NCBI GenBank assembly: GCA_020184695.1
Contig: JAANOX010000064.1
Coordinates: 62,001-126,000, forward strand
Length of the DNA: 64,000 nucleotides
DNA from: Histomonas meleagridis 2922-C6/04-290x
Taxonomy: Eukaryota; Protista; Parabasalia
Direction: 5' to 3'
A model generated the notes under the pieces. It did no database searches. It had not been told where the DNA came from and saw only the letters and a program-made list of their open reading frames with translations. Every line of letters starts with the position of its first letter. Within the stretch, counting starts at the first letter, position 1. Positions 25,717 through 38,158 of the stretch are shown piece by piece. The position numbers and the translations under genes were made by a program.

Positions 25717-25911
25717 TTGTGGCCAATTTTAAACGGTTGACGATGGAATTCCAAAATTTAATTTTCGTGGAAATATATTATTTCCTACTTATTATAAAAA
25801 TCTTTAGGAATTTCCAAAAAAATATTTAAAAAAATTTATTATATCTTGAAATCAAATATTAATTTAAATTACAAAATCGCTCTGATTGTATTATATTTCC
25901 GCAACATCATA

Positions 25912-26349
25912 CTAAACCTTAAAAGTTATTTTCTTTGGAGGAGAATTTGTAGACTGTGATGGCATAAAAGTAATGTTTTGTTCAAGGAATTTCAAAAGAT
26001 CTTTCGGAAAATTTGTTTTCGCAAATTTAGAAGTCACAAGCTCTGGTTTCGATTCGTTTTTATATTTTACTATGTACATTGCTTGGTCATTTTCGAATGT
26101 GATTCCCAAAATTTCAGATGGCTTTTTAAAAGCAGCTGCTCTCGCCTTATTTTTTGCCAAACTTTCTTCGAATTCTGTGATGATTTTCAAATCTTCTTGA
26201 TCTTTGATTTGATCTAAGTTAATCCATTTACCATTTTTCTTGTCTTTAATGGTTACAAGATATTGAATGTTATCTTGAGAATTCTTTTTTCTTTTAACAG
26301 ATTCAATATTTAGAGTGACTGGAAGCGAAGCTTTTGATTCGGCCTCCAT
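25912..26349 (-). CDS. HP1-like protein (chromo + chromo-shadow domain)
   Basis: IESVKRKK..QYLVTIK (chromo-like); PSEILG..MYIVKYK..ELVTSKFAKTNFPKDLLKFLEQNI (shadow-like). Confidence 0.65.
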   Translation of the reverse strand: MEAESKASLPVTLNIESVKRKKNSQDNIQYLVTIKDKKNGKWINLDQIKDQEDLKIITEFEESLAKNKARAAAFKKPSEILGITFENDQAMYIVKYKNESKPELVTSKFAKTNFPKDLLKFLEQNITFMPSQSTNSPPKKITFKV

Positions 26350-26427
26350 TTATTTCACAAAAAATTGAATTCACATTTCATTTTAAATAGTTTACATAAA
26401 TAAGAGAAGACGAATGTGAAAAAATGT

Positions 26428-26790
26428 TTACTCTGTTATGACAGATACTTCAACGTGAACTTCTGGCTCGAGTCCGATTTGTGTAACTTGCTTGACAGCA
26501 GCGGGTGTTCCTACAAAATCAATAACTCTCTTATATATACGAAGTTCCAAATGATCATATGTTTCGGTACCATTACCACATGGTGCACGACGTGTTGTAA
26601 TCCTAAGGCGGCGGCGTGGCATTGGAATTGGTCCACGAACTTTGAGATGTTCAGCCTTTAATTTTTGAACCAAATTGTTGCATACTTTTTGGAGATTTGG
26701 AAGTTTTGAAGATGTGATTGTAAGGCGAATGCGTTGTGTATTTTGAATTTGTGTAGTTTCTTTCTTTTCGTCTCCTGTTGGAATGCTCAT
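26428..26790 (-). CDS. RPS20: 40S ribosomal protein S20 (uS10)
   Basis: RIRLTITS..LKVRGPIPMP..LRITTRRAPCGNGTETYDHLELRIYKRVID; start MSIP at 26790. Confidence 0.95.
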   Translation of the reverse strand: MSIPTGDEKKETTQIQNTQRIRLTITSSKLPNLQKVCNNLVQKLKAEHLKVRGPIPMPRRRLRITTRRAPCGNGTETYDHLELRIYKRVIDFVGTPAAVKQVTQIGLEPEVHVEVSVITE

Positions 26791-26795
26791 TCTTA

Positions 26796-26800
26796 AAAGG
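26796..26800 (-). promoter_or_regulatory. Candidate M5 core-promoter motif (CCTTT) of RPS20
   Basis: CCTTT 5 nt upstream of the ATG. In Trichomonas vaginalis the M5 motif marks ribosomal-protein promoters. Short motif in AT-rich DNA. Confidence 0.45.
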
Positions 26801-26894
26801 AAGGCCAAACAAACACTGTGAATTTCCTTAATTAAGGTATTAAACGTTCTCCTTCCAAAAGTGTCATGCACTTTTTTATTTCAGGAAGTTACAA

Positions 26895-27401
26895 ATGTCT
26901 GATTGGCTTGATAACCTTATTGCTACGCATGGATCTGGCCTTTCTGGTGAAGAAGAAGATGAAGAAAATATACCAATAACTGTTCCTAATCCAATAAAAT
27001 TAAATACATCAAAAGAAAATATTCAATTACTTCATTTAAATTTCGAAAAGTCAACGAACGAAAACTCTTTTAAAGATGATGAAAAATCAGAAGAATCAAC
27101 TTTAGATGAAATAAAGAAAGAAAAAATTAATTCAAGATTTCAATTTTCAGGAAAAGGTACAAAAGAAATGTCATTGTTTGCAAATTCTGCAAATGCTATG
27201 TTGCGTAAACAAGAAAGCGCATATAGTTCGGTTCTTATTCAAACATCTAAATCTTTAGAAAAAACTATTATCAATACTTCACGACCTATACAGACAGTTG
27301 GTGAACTTGGAAAAATTTCTCTTGAAGTAAAGACTAAGTTTATTGGGATTCAACAGAAAATAATGTCTCTTGAGCCATTATGCCAAATGAAATCACAATA
27401 A
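26895..27401 (+). CDS. Hypothetical protein, 168 aa
   Basis: ATG-started ORF head-to-head with RPS20; coiled-coil-like C-terminus. Confidence 0.65.
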   Translation: MSDWLDNLIATHGSGLSGEEEDEENIPITVPNPIKLNTSKENIQLLHLNFEKSTNENSFKDDEKSEESTLDEIKKEKINSRFQFSGKGTKEMSLFANSANAMLRKQESAYSSVLIQTSKSLEKTIINTSRPIQTVGELGKISLEVKTKFIGIQQKIMSLEPLCQMKSQ

Positions 27402-27669
27402 AAAGTGTTAACATTTAAGGCCAAACGAAGCGAATTAAATGTATTGCAAAATGTATAATTTAAAATTGTAAAAAAAAAATCAAACTTTTAATTTTTCAAA
27501 AATTGAGAATTCATTAAATTTCTTGTTTTACTCAATAAGGTTTCCAAGCAACATGTTACATTATTTAGTGTAAATAAATTTATTAATTATTTAAAAAAAT
27601 TAAGAAATAAAGTGAAAGGATTTTTGTTTATTAAAATCATCTCGTTACAAATATAAAAAAAAAAACTTT

Positions 27670-28656
27670 TTATAATTCAGATTCCGGAATATATTTTTCA
27701 AATTCTTGTAGAACTCTAAGTTTCTCCTCAACATCCTCAAGCTTCTTTCCTTTTGCTTGTTCTATTATCTTTTTTAGGATGGAAATTCCTCTTTTAATTT
27801 CCGATTCCCCTTTTTCGATTACACTTTTCATAACAGAAATTACGAATTCGGAATTTGCAAAATTTTTAGTCTTTTCCAACACTTCTTTTTTATTTGAATT
27901 ATTCATGAACTCTTTTATAAGTTCAGATAATTCGAAACTAATTTGTTGGAGTGCCCCAGTTTTTGTTCGTTGCTTTGAGCACTTTTCGTTTACAAAATTG
28001 AGAAGAAAAGGAAGTTCACGAGTGCCAACGTAATCAAACACGTTGTTACCTTTGTAGATACGTATTATTGGGGCTTCTTGGATACCAAGTTGGAAACAGA
28101 AAGTAACATTAAAGCTACAATTAACAAGACCAAAACTCATATCTGTTTCTTTGGAAAAAATAAAAGAGAGTTCTTCAATGGTGGGATATAAAAGCTCTGA
28201 CATACGGTCACGTGATTGTATAAATGTGACAACTTTGCAATTGTTAGTTCCAAGAAAAGTGGAATAATTATTATATGAAAATCTTTGTAAATGTGAAGGA
28301 GGAAGTGTTACCTTTGCTTTGCTGTTCTTTAATAGAAACATTGCAACAGCATAAAAGCTGTGTTCATTTGTAAAATCAAGAGGATGTTTAGAATGTGGTC
28401 GAAAAAGACGAAATCCAGGAATTGGTTCAAAAAACTTTTTTTGACATATGTCATACTTGGAGCAATTTATGGTGAGCAGCTCTATATCAAGAGCGACTGA
28501 TGCAATGCGCTTCATTATTTCTAAGCCTTCATGTGAGCTTTCTGAATTATAAAAATAGACAAGGGTTGAGTAGGTTTTTGGATCTAATAAGTTCTCATGA
28601 TTTTCATTATATTCTTGTAGAATTGATAAGGAACAAGAGAAAAGAAGAAGAAGCAT
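27670..28656 (-). CDS. PDI-family protein: two thioredoxin-like folds without CxxC plus a helical ERp29-like C-terminus
   Basis: Signal peptide; INCSKYDIC..IPGFRLF; FGLVNCS..FCFQLGIQEAPIIRIYK..DYVGTREL..LLNFVNEKC; ends ESEL. Confidence 0.7.
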   Translation of the reverse strand: MLLLLFSCSLSILQEYNENHENLLDPKTYSTLVYFYNSESSHEGLEIMKRIASVALDIELLTINCSKYDICQKKFFEPIPGFRLFRPHSKHPLDFTNEHSFYAVAMFLLKNSKAKVTLPPSHLQRFSYNNYSTFLGTNNCKVVTFIQSRDRMSELLYPTIEELSFIFSKETDMSFGLVNCSFNVTFCFQLGIQEAPIIRIYKGNNVFDYVGTRELPFLLNFVNEKCSKQRTKTGALQQISFELSELIKEFMNNSNKKEVLEKTKNFANSEFVISVMKSVIEKGESEIKRGISILKKIIEQAKGKKLEDVEEKLRVLQEFEKYIPESEL

Positions 28657-30530
28657 GATTTTTCATATCACATTTCATTTTGATAAAAGTGGCATAACCA
28701 AGTTTTTGACCACCTTGTCTGATCAAAAATCAAAGAAAATCTAGATGTTTTTATGGTTTAAAGGAAGTGTAATTTCATTTATATTTTTGGATATTAACAT
28801 CTAAATTGAAATTAAATATCTTCAGTAATTTTACTTTTTTAAGTTTAAACTTTATAATTCGTTGAGAATAGATGACCATTTATCTTTCAAATGATCTTTT
28901 GGTTTTTATATTGATCATTCAAATTTTTTGGCTAGCTGAAAGATACGTTATTTACAAGTGAGCACGATAGACATTTTAAGGTAAAAACGATCATTCGAAA
29001 AAATTTCAAAGAAATGATTTTTGGCAGGCGTTGTCAAATTTAGTATTTTATACAACCACGTAAAATTATCAAAAAGTTATCACTCGAATTTTGTCAACTT
29101 TACATTTATGTAAAGTATTCATATATTTCCATTGAAGGGTCTACGCTTCCAAACATGATGTTTTTTGCAATAATAGAGAAAAATAATAATTATTATAGGG
29201 TTGTCAACGGAAGAAAAAAAATGACATTTGGGAAAAAAAAAATTCTTGCTTGGGAGAAACGATAGAAGCAATTATGGAATACGTTTAAATAAACGGTTTT
29301 TTTGAATAACTGCGCCAGTGAAGATGATTAAAGCCTAAAAACAGCGATTTTAGAAACTAGAAGAAAAAAGCTTTGCTTCTTCTAGGGCTTTATCTGTTCT
29401 AAGATCTGATCGAACCTTTTGAAGCCTCGAAAATGCTCGTTCTACTGCGGCTTCAGTGGATTGTATCAATAAGATCTGCTGTCCGATTATTGCGAATGGT
29501 CTCCAATTTACGATTGTATACAATACACTGAAATATCCATAAGACGAAGTCTTATCGCTTGGATAAAATGGAAGCTGATCGCCACTCAATGTGAACGAAT
29601 CAATAAACTTGCATGAAACTTTTTCGATATCTTCATCTGAATAATTATGCATGTGACAAATCTTCGTCATTCGCTCCAACAAACTTTGTAATGAAACATC
29701 TGCTTCAACGTTTGAATTTTCGAGGTTTTCATTTAGTACAGCAAAATAATCAAATTCTTCTTCGACCTCTTCTTTTTCTTGTACTTCAATAGGTTCAATT
29801 TCACCTCCGGTTATCATTCCATCAAATACTAAATTCTCGTCAATTTCAATTTGATTATGATCTTCTTCTAATTGCGCATTAAATCGTTTAATGCTATTTA
29901 GTAGCATCTTGTCGTTTTGTTCAAGTTTAAGTTTTTGATTTAAGTTACTAGTATCCACATTTCTTTGGGCAACTTCGACTTCTTTTGCATATTCTCTTCC
30001 TTGTAACGTGAGATAGTATGAAATTCTAATTAATTGATAATCTTCTGTCGTTTGCAATCTTCTGATAATTTTATTATGAATATGATCATAATTAAATGTC
30101 GTATCATTATAATTATTGATTTCAGAATAAAAATCAGGCAAACTAAGAATAAGTGGATAAATGTTTGACGCAGGGAAATGATCTTATTCAATTGTTTTTA
30201 TTAGTCTCATGGAAGGGAATAATAAAAGAGTTGTATTTGAAATTACATTTTTCAGCATGAACTTGATGAAGCTTAAATCATCATCACTATTGAACAGATT
30301 TGTATTATTTAATATTTGTTTGATTTTACCAATTCTACGAATTCCCCATTCACAAATCTCAAATGTATTAAACCATCTTGTTGAACAAAATCCGGGACAT
30401 ACTTCTCGCATTGTTGAACTGATTGGTTTGGATCGAAAAATTTTCGAAAATCTCGAAATATAATCTTGAATCATTGACAAATTGTCCGATTGAAATGTGT
30501 CTTTGATACCTAATGCTATTGTATGTGCAA

Positions 30531-31534
30531 GGGGTGACTTAAAAAATACCCAAAACATACACACTTTTGGACGGTTATCGACTCAATTTTTGACTTTTTG
30601 AACTGTTGTATAATTACAACAAGAAAAAAATCAAAAATTTTAAAATTAAAAAATTCTCGAAAAAATAAAATTATTTATTTTAAAATAATAATATCAAAAA
30701 CATAATATATATAAGTAGAAAATATATTATATATTATACATTATACATTATCCATTATCCATTATCCATTATACATTATCCATTATATATTATACATCAC
30801 ATTATATATTATACATTACATTATATATTATACATCACATTATATATTATACATTACATTATATATTATACATTACAATGTCTATAATACATTACATTAT
30901 ATGTTATACATTACATTATATATTATACGTTTCATTTTATAAAGTGTGTTAAATAAACAAAAGTTATTAATATAAAATTAAAATTAAATCATTATTTGCT
31001 TACAAAATTCAAGTATTATTTTTTGTCAATCTGACATTTTATATTTTATCAGAATTATCCTGACAAAAATAGGAAGTATCCAAAAAAAAATTGAATAGGT
31101 GATATTTTCTCACAATTCCTAGTAATTTGAATACTCATTCAAAAATGGCATCATGAAAAAGAAAAATTTTTTAAATAAAATCATATACATAGAATATTTT
31201 AATAAAAATAATATACCACCATATGTTTTAACATATGGAGAATTTGATTATGATATTTATTTTTTAAAATTTTTTTACTTTTTTTAATCTGCATTAATTA
31301 CATCAAAAATTATTTTTTCTTCATTATATGCCATAAAATATATTTTCTACTTATATATATTATGTTTTTGATATTATTATTTTAAAATAAATAATTTTAT
31401 TTTTTCGAGAATTTTTTAATTTTAAAATTTTTGATTTTTTTCTTGTTGTAATTATACAACAGTACAAAAAGTCAAAAATTGAGTCGATAACCGTCCAAAA
31501 GTGTGTATGTTTTGAATATAAAATTAGACTTTTC
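30531..31534. mobile_element. Non-autonomous Mutator-like (MULE) element, 1004 bp
   Basis: 9-bp TSD TATGTGCAA (30522-30530 and 31535-31543); about 178-bp near-perfect inverted repeats (30551-30728 / about 31337-31514); G...C ends; no ORF. Confidence 0.85.
30720..30930. repeat. ATTAC/ATTAT-based minisatellite inside the MULE
   Basis: Repeated attatacattacattatat-type units directly after the left inverted repeat. Confidence 0.85.
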
Positions 31535-33333
31535 TATGTGCAATACATGGGAAAAAAATAATTGGATAATTGTTCTCATGCATTGATGTAAACTGAAATG
31601 AATTTTGTGATTCTGGATCAATGGCTGATTTTTGTACTGGTAGGTTGTCCGCAGTGATCGATCCAATTGCAACGTTGTATGATTTTAATTGATCAATAAT
31701 ATTAATAACAACATCTTTATAGTTCTGTAAATTCCCAATAAAATTTCTATTTGCTGAAATTATTAGTGGTTCTAGGTCTAATGCTATAGGGTTTGAAACT
31801 ATTGCTATTAAATAAAAAACGCCATGATTCATCCCAGCATCAATCACTAAAGAATTAAAAGGAAACAAAGAATACTTCTGAAGTGTGGCCTTTTTGTTGA
31901 TTTTCGCATATTGGCAGAAGTTTTTTCTCAGTGTGTTTCTTGAGTTGAATGTAAATAATGATTCGATTTCTGCGTTTGGATTACTTTGGCCCAGCTGAAT
32001 ACACATCCTGAAATCATACATTTGAGGACTTGATGCAGCATTGATTGAAAGATCTAGATATGCGATTAAAGAGTAGAATTGAACATCTATATTTTTGGAA
32101 ATTTTTGTTATGCATTAATAATTTTCAAGAGGGGAATCATAGGCATGTTTGTGTTGTGTTGGCTTGGGGCGATCAGTCCTCATTTTGTATGAACATTGAA
32201 TAACTTTGCCATAGATATTTTTGGTATGTCTACATTGGTAATAAGTATGCTTTTAATCAGAATTGATTTCGGTTTATCTCAATTATTCCCAGGTTTTTGA
32301 CAGCTCAAATAAACGGTTATCTCCCGGGGGATAAGATGGGGGAAAAGTGGGAGGCAAAGTGGGAGATCCTCAGGAATAGTGGGAGAACAAAATCTTATTT
32401 AAATGCCAGTTTTCAATTTTGAATGATAGGAGCAAAGAATTCTCCCACTTTTCTCCCACTTTTCTCCCATAATTGAAATTCAACTCCGATACGGTGAGCT
32501 ATCGTACTCGCAGAACGATCAATTTCCTATGAATATGAGGCGACCGTTAGAATCGAGGGAAAAAATTTGGAAAGAAAAAAGACACTTTTTACTAGAGTAC
32601 GTTAATACTAAACGATTAATGTCTATACATAAATTCCTTATCGTTTCTCCCATTTCTCCCACCTTATTAAAGTGGGGCGGGAGAAAAAACTACAAATGGG
32701 AGAAATTTGACAACCCTAATTATTATTTTTAATTCCATAAATAATATAATTCACATTCTTCGGGTATGATGAATGATGCTTTTGGATTTGAATAGAAAAT
32801 TTTTGCTGTATCGTATATGTCATTTTTTATTTCCATAGAATATCTCAGCCGAAATTATTTTTATTGAAACACATTTGAATGAGCAGATATTTTCTCACAA
32901 ACATGAAAATAATTGAATAGGCATTGAAAAGCATGCTTTGTTTGCATGGTTTACAAAATCGAAAAACCCGATACTTTCAAGGAATTCCTTTTAAATCCAA
33001 AAGCACCATTCATCATACCCCATTCTTCATAATTCATATAAAATCCAAAAAAATCACATAAATATATTATGGAGAAAAAATCTCTGATCTCATTGCTATA
33101 TTTTTTGATTCATAATTAGCAAAAATGACTTGTTCCATTATGAAAATTAATTTTGCCATAACTCAACGCGTTTATCAAAAAAAAAAAACGCATTTGATAA
33201 GAAATTCAATATTGAAGTAAAACATTTAAAGTCATGACTTTTGACGCCGTGAATAGAAAATTGAAAGATCGGAATTTTCTATGGAAAGGAAGTTTTTCAA
33301 TTCACTAATTCATTTCATAATCTCTTCTCGCAC

Positions 33334-35874
33334 ATGACCTCCATATTATTAGCATTGCTTACAACTTTCCACAAGTTTGGTTCTTTAAATTTCTCGGTGG
33401 AAAGTTTCCAACATGAAATAACACACAATCATTTTATTACATTGTTATCAAAATTTTCAGTCATTTTTATCATATTTATATTATTTTCACAAAGTTGCAT
33501 CAAATCTTCCCACATTGCTCGAAAATCAAATCATTATAAGATTATAAAACAAAATAATATTAACATTTTGTTTTCATTTTTCTTTGTTATTTTTTTATCG
33601 CATAATTTTTGCAAGATAACTAACTTTCCTGGTTCACCAATAATCATTGATGAACAAGGAGATTTTAGCAAACTTATTAATGAAGTTGAAATCTCCAGGA
33701 TGGTAATGCTGAATATTGAAGGCACTATTACACATATTGAACCTTTTTCAGCTAAATCTTTTACAAATTTAGTTCAAGTTGTTGTGTATGCGTCAATTGA
33801 ATCGATCGATTCAAAAGCATTTGAAGGTTCATCCATTATGAATATTGAATTTAAAGCGACTGAAAAATTTAAAACTATTGATAGCTCTGCTTTTCAAGGT
33901 TGTTCAGAATTAAACATGATTGTCCTTGAATCCGTTGAAACAATTGGTCAATATGCCTTCCAGGGTTGCTCAAAACTCACAAGTTTTGAGTCTTCAACTG
34001 TCAAAACAATTGGTCAATATGCCTTTAAGAGTTGCACAGAATTAACTTCGATAGACTTTCAATCTGCTGAAACAATTGGTCAATATACCTTTAATAAGTG
34101 TTCAAAATTAAATAAAGTAATTCTTCCATCTGTCAAAACAATTGGTCAATATGCATTTCAGGGTTTATCAGAATTTATTTCGATTAATTTTCCATATGCT
34201 GAAACAATTGGTCAAAGTGCTTTTCAGTCTTGTAAAGGATTAAAAGAAGTAGGATTGAATTCATTAATTGAAATCAATGAAAGTGCTTTTCAAGATTGTT
34301 CTTCTTTGAACTCAATAATGTTTGGAGATAGTAATTTGGAAATAATTCCTTCTTTCTGTTTTAAAGGGTGTTATTCATTAAAAAGCATTAATTTTCCAGA
34401 TACTGTTACTGAAATTAAACATGAAATATTTTATAAATGCAATTTAGAATCAGTTACATTTGGAAAAAATTTAGTTCGAATTGGTAAATTTGCATTTCAT
34501 TATTGCCCACTTAAAAGCATTGAATTACCTGATACAGTTCAAGAAATTAGAAATGATGCATTTTCAAACTGCCAACAATTAACATCTGCAACACTTGGAA
34601 CCAGTTTAAAAAGTTTACATGAAAGGGTATTTCAAAATTGTAATATGTTACAAAACATTTCAGTTCTTAATAATATTGTAGATATTAAAGATGAAGCATT
34701 TTCTCTTTCTGGATTGAATACAGTTACATTTGGAAATAACTTAGTAACTCTAGGTCAAAATGTATTTTTGGGTTCTAAATTAGAACACATTATATTGCCT
34801 GATAGTCTTACTGTAATTAAATTGGGAACATTTCAAAACTGTCAAAATTTGGTATCAGTTACACTTGGAAATAACGTAGAAACAATTGAATATTATGTAT
34901 TTTATGCTTGCGATTATTTAACAACCATTAAAATTCCTGGTTCTGTTACTTCAATTCAAAGAAAAGCATTTGCATTTTGCTCTAGGCTAAAATGTGTTTA
35001 TTATTATGGAACAAATGAACCAAATTGTGGTAGTGATATATTTTTAATGTGTAATCAATTCCAATATGTTATGACAATGAATACATATAAAAGTCAAACA
35101 TTTGGTCATTCATCTATAAAAGCAGCATATGAAACAATTGGTGGATGTGACCCAATGCCAACTGCATATTTTACAAGTTCAAATTAATTTACTAACACAT
35201 TTACACAAAGTAATAAATTTACATCATCAAATACTTATTCACAAAGTAATACATTTTCTCAATCAAATACTTATTCACAAAGTAATACATTTTCTCAATC
35301 AAATACTTATTCACAAAGTAATAAATTTACATCATCAAACGCATATTCACAAAGTAATACATTTTCTCAATCAAATACTTATTCACAAAGTAATACATTC
35401 ACTAAATCAAATAACATAGAAATAAGTACTGATGCAGACACAGGATTAATATCTTCATCATCTGAAATAAGTTATTCTCTTATATTCTCTGAGGAAATTA
35501 TAATGAAATCATCATTGATTCATTCAGTTTCATTATCAATGATTGGTTCATCATTTGTAAATGTGACTTATATAAGTGTTTCGTATGAATATACAAATAT
35601 ACTTCATACAACATTATCAGTTTATTCTTCATTTGTTCCTGAATCAAATCCCAATGAACAAAATGAAAATGATAATAATTCTGCGATAATTGCAGTCGCA
35701 ATTTGTGTTCCAATTGCTGCAATAATTATTATTGCTATAATTGTAATTGTTATTATTCGTAGAAAGAGAAAAGTGATGGAATCATCAGAATGTAATATTG
35801 AAGATGAAATTATTAGTCATGATGATTCTTCTGAATCTGGTGATATGTTGAAGAAAGAAAACATTTTTATATAA
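33334..35874 (+). CDS. BspA-like LRR surface protein with one in-frame TAA before the stalk/TM
   Basis: About 20 TpLRR repeats (VKTIGQYAFQGCSKLTS). TAA at 35185-35187; the same frame continues through the S/T stalk, TM (AIIAVAICVPIAAIIIIAIIVIVII) and tail to 35874. True start uncertain. Confidence 0.85.
35206..35410 (+). repeat. 36-nt tandem repeat coding SNTYSQSNTFSQ (stalk)
   Basis: About five to six units of tcaaatacttattcacaaagtaatacattttctcaa. Confidence 0.85.
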
Positions 35875-36199
35875 ATTTATGAAAATTTTATTGGTAAACC
35901 ATGATATTGAAAACAATTTTTTATTTTCCAATTTTTTTTTATAAAATAAATTTTGATAAATAACTTTTTGGAAAAATGTCAAAAGGATATTCCTCTTCAT
36001 ATCCTTTTATTAAAAAAATTAATATAAAGGATAAAAATCGGTTACCTTAGACAGAAATTGGTATACATACAACGTAATGATCATTTTTAATAAAATATTA
36101 TAAGTTAAAAAATCAGTCTAAAACAAATAAACGTTCTTGTTGCTTTCAATTTTTGACAAGGTCTGTGGCCATTTAATTTCACTTTTTGTAAACACACCA

Positions 36200-36859
36200 A
36201 TGAAGATTTTAGGGAAAGGGTGGAACATATTTAGATATCTTGGAGACCTTAGTCACCTCCTTTCTATCTTAGCACTTCTCTATCAAATGATCCACAAAAA
36301 GTCATGCCATGGGATTTCTTTAAAAACCCATATTCTTTATTTGATTGTTTTCCTTTGTCGCTATGTTAACCCAGGGTTTTTTGATCCCCCTTTGTATAAT
36401 ATAGTTTTTAAAATATTTTATATTCTTTCTTCAATCTTCACAATTCTCCTGATGAAAACAGTTCTCCGCAAAACATATGATCGTAGACATGATACGTTTA
36501 ATATATTCATCGTCCTCATTGTTTGTATTCCGTTTGGGTATTTTACTTCCATGTATAAAGATATCGACGAAATTTTATGGACGTATTCATTATGGCTTGA
36601 AGCTTTAGCAATAGTCCCTCAACTTTTTATGCTACGGAGAAACCAGAGAATCGATGTCATAACCAATCATTACATTTTCTTTCTTGGCATTTATCGATTC
36701 TTTTACGTCTGTAATTGGATACGTAAAGCTGTTGTTAAGCATAAAACCCAATACGTCGTGTGGACTACAGGTATTATACAAACACTTTTGTACGCGGACT
36801 TTATTTATTATTATATTGTGGCGTTTGTGAAAGGATCGAGATATAAATTACCTCTGTAA
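36200..36859 (+). CDS. ERD2: ER lumen protein-retaining (KDEL) receptor
   Basis: NIFRYLGDLSHL, GISLKTHILYLIVFLCRY, WTYSLWLEALAIVPQL, LGIYRFFYVCNW, GIIQTLLYADF. Confidence 0.95.
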   Translation: MKILGKGWNIFRYLGDLSHLLSILALLYQMIHKKSCHGISLKTHILYLIVFLCRYVNPGFFDPPLYNIVFKIFYILSSIFTILLMKTVLRKTYDRRHDTFNIFIVLIVCIPFGYFTSMYKDIDEILWTYSLWLEALAIVPQLFMLRRNQRIDVITNHYIFFLGIYRFFYVCNWIRKAVVKHKTQYVVWTTGIIQTLLYADFIYYYIVAFVKGSRYKLPL

Positions 36860-37287
36860 AAATTATCATTTAAATAATTAATTGTTTTGTTTTTAAGGAA
36901 AAATTATTTTAAGATTAATCATTTTGTTTTTCTAATTTAGAAAAAATTTTAATTTTTTTAACATTTAAGTAATAATTTAGAGCTTTCTGTACATGTCATG
37001 TGTTGATGTTTGATTTGGTGTAATTAAAATTAATAATAATTTTTAAAAACATTATCAAATTATTTTCCAGATCGATTTTATTTGATATTATTCTTAATCC
37101 AAGATATTGTTTTCCTTCAGAATGAATGATATATTTAAAACGTGTTTTACTCTTTCTGTCGCTAAAAGAAAACCTTGTTGTATTGAAAGAATAAAACTTT
37201 TTGATTTGTTTACAACGTTTATCCAATAGAATATTAACTCAATTTAATTTTGTTGGCCAAATGAAATTCAAAAAAACGCATTGAAAA

Positions 37288-37872
37288 ATGCCACTTTTAT
37301 TCCAAACAATGAACACAATAAAAATTGTTCTCGTTGGGGACACAAGAGTTGGAAAAAGCTGCCTTTTAAGCAAGTTTGTTCAAGGATCATTTGATAAGGA
37401 TATGCCAGCAACAATTGGAGCAGCATTTTTTATCAAAATTATTCAAACACCAAATGGTAATGTCCGTCTTCAGCTTTGGGATACAGCCGGACAAGAGCAA
37501 TTTCGTTCTTTAGCTCCTATGTATTATAGGTCAGCTTCTGTTGCTGTTCTTGTTTTTGATTTGACTTCAAAATCAACCCTTGATGGACTAGATGAATGGG
37601 CTGCTGAAATCTTAGATAAAGCTCCTCCAGGGGTGCGACTTGTCGTCATTGGAAATAAACTAGATTTGAAAGAAGAAAGAGTAATTCCAGAACATTCTGG
37701 AAGGGCAGTAGCAAATAAATTTGGAGCTGTGTTATACGGTGAAACTTCTGCCAAAACTGGTGAAGGTATTCAAGAAATATTTTCCAAAATTGCAGAACTC
37801 GATATCACGAATGAGGTTGTTCAAGAAGTTTCAAAGACTTTTCCTGAAGAAAAGAAAGGATGTTGCGAATAA
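37288..37872 (+). CDS. Rab GTPase
   Basis: GDTRVGKS, WDTAGQEQFRSLAPMYYR, GNKLD, ETSAKTG, C-terminal CCE. Confidence 0.95.
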   Translation: MPLLFQTMNTIKIVLVGDTRVGKSCLLSKFVQGSFDKDMPATIGAAFFIKIIQTPNGNVRLQLWDTAGQEQFRSLAPMYYRSASVAVLVFDLTSKSTLDGLDEWAAEILDKAPPGVRLVVIGNKLDLKEERVIPEHSGRAVANKFGAVLYGETSAKTGEGIQEIFSKIAELDITNEVVQEVSKTFPEEKKGCCE

Positions 37873-38158
37873 TTAACTTTTATTTCATCAATAAATTATG
37901 TGTTTCAATTTATCTTCATCTAATCATACATGTTATGCGAAATCACCAAAAAGTTCTCAAAACAAAAACTCGCTCTAACGAAGTAAACAATGTCATTATA
38001 GCGTTATCAAAGAACTCACAATCTTTTAATAACAAATATTCGATTCCAACAAAAAATAATTTGTATTGATTTCAACATCTTATTTTTACTTTTAGATAAA
38101 ACATGCGCTAAACTTTTTTACTTTTCGTTGCTCATGGGTGTTTCCAACGAAGAAAATT

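Larger units (their letters stand above)
29350..32260 (-). pseudogene. hAT transposase, split by an insertion and by stops/frameshifts
   Basis: N-terminal YQC..CSYKMR..H.H zinc finger; LVIDAG; ITADN; FPCIAH|TIALGIKD (CxxH restored on removing the nested element); STRWFN; STEAAVERAFS (hATC motif). Confidence 0.9.
29196..32718 (-). mobile_element. hAT-superfamily DNA transposon, defective
   Basis: 12-bp TIRs TAGGGTTGTCAA (29196-29207) / TTGACAACCCTA (32707-32718); flanking direct repeat ATTATTA (7-8 bp); about ten subterminal GGGAG(A) motifs; transposase remnants inside. Confidence 0.9.

Noticed and set aside
32529-32732. ORF at the hAT terminus
   Set aside because: Runs across subterminal repeats and the TIR; not protein-like.
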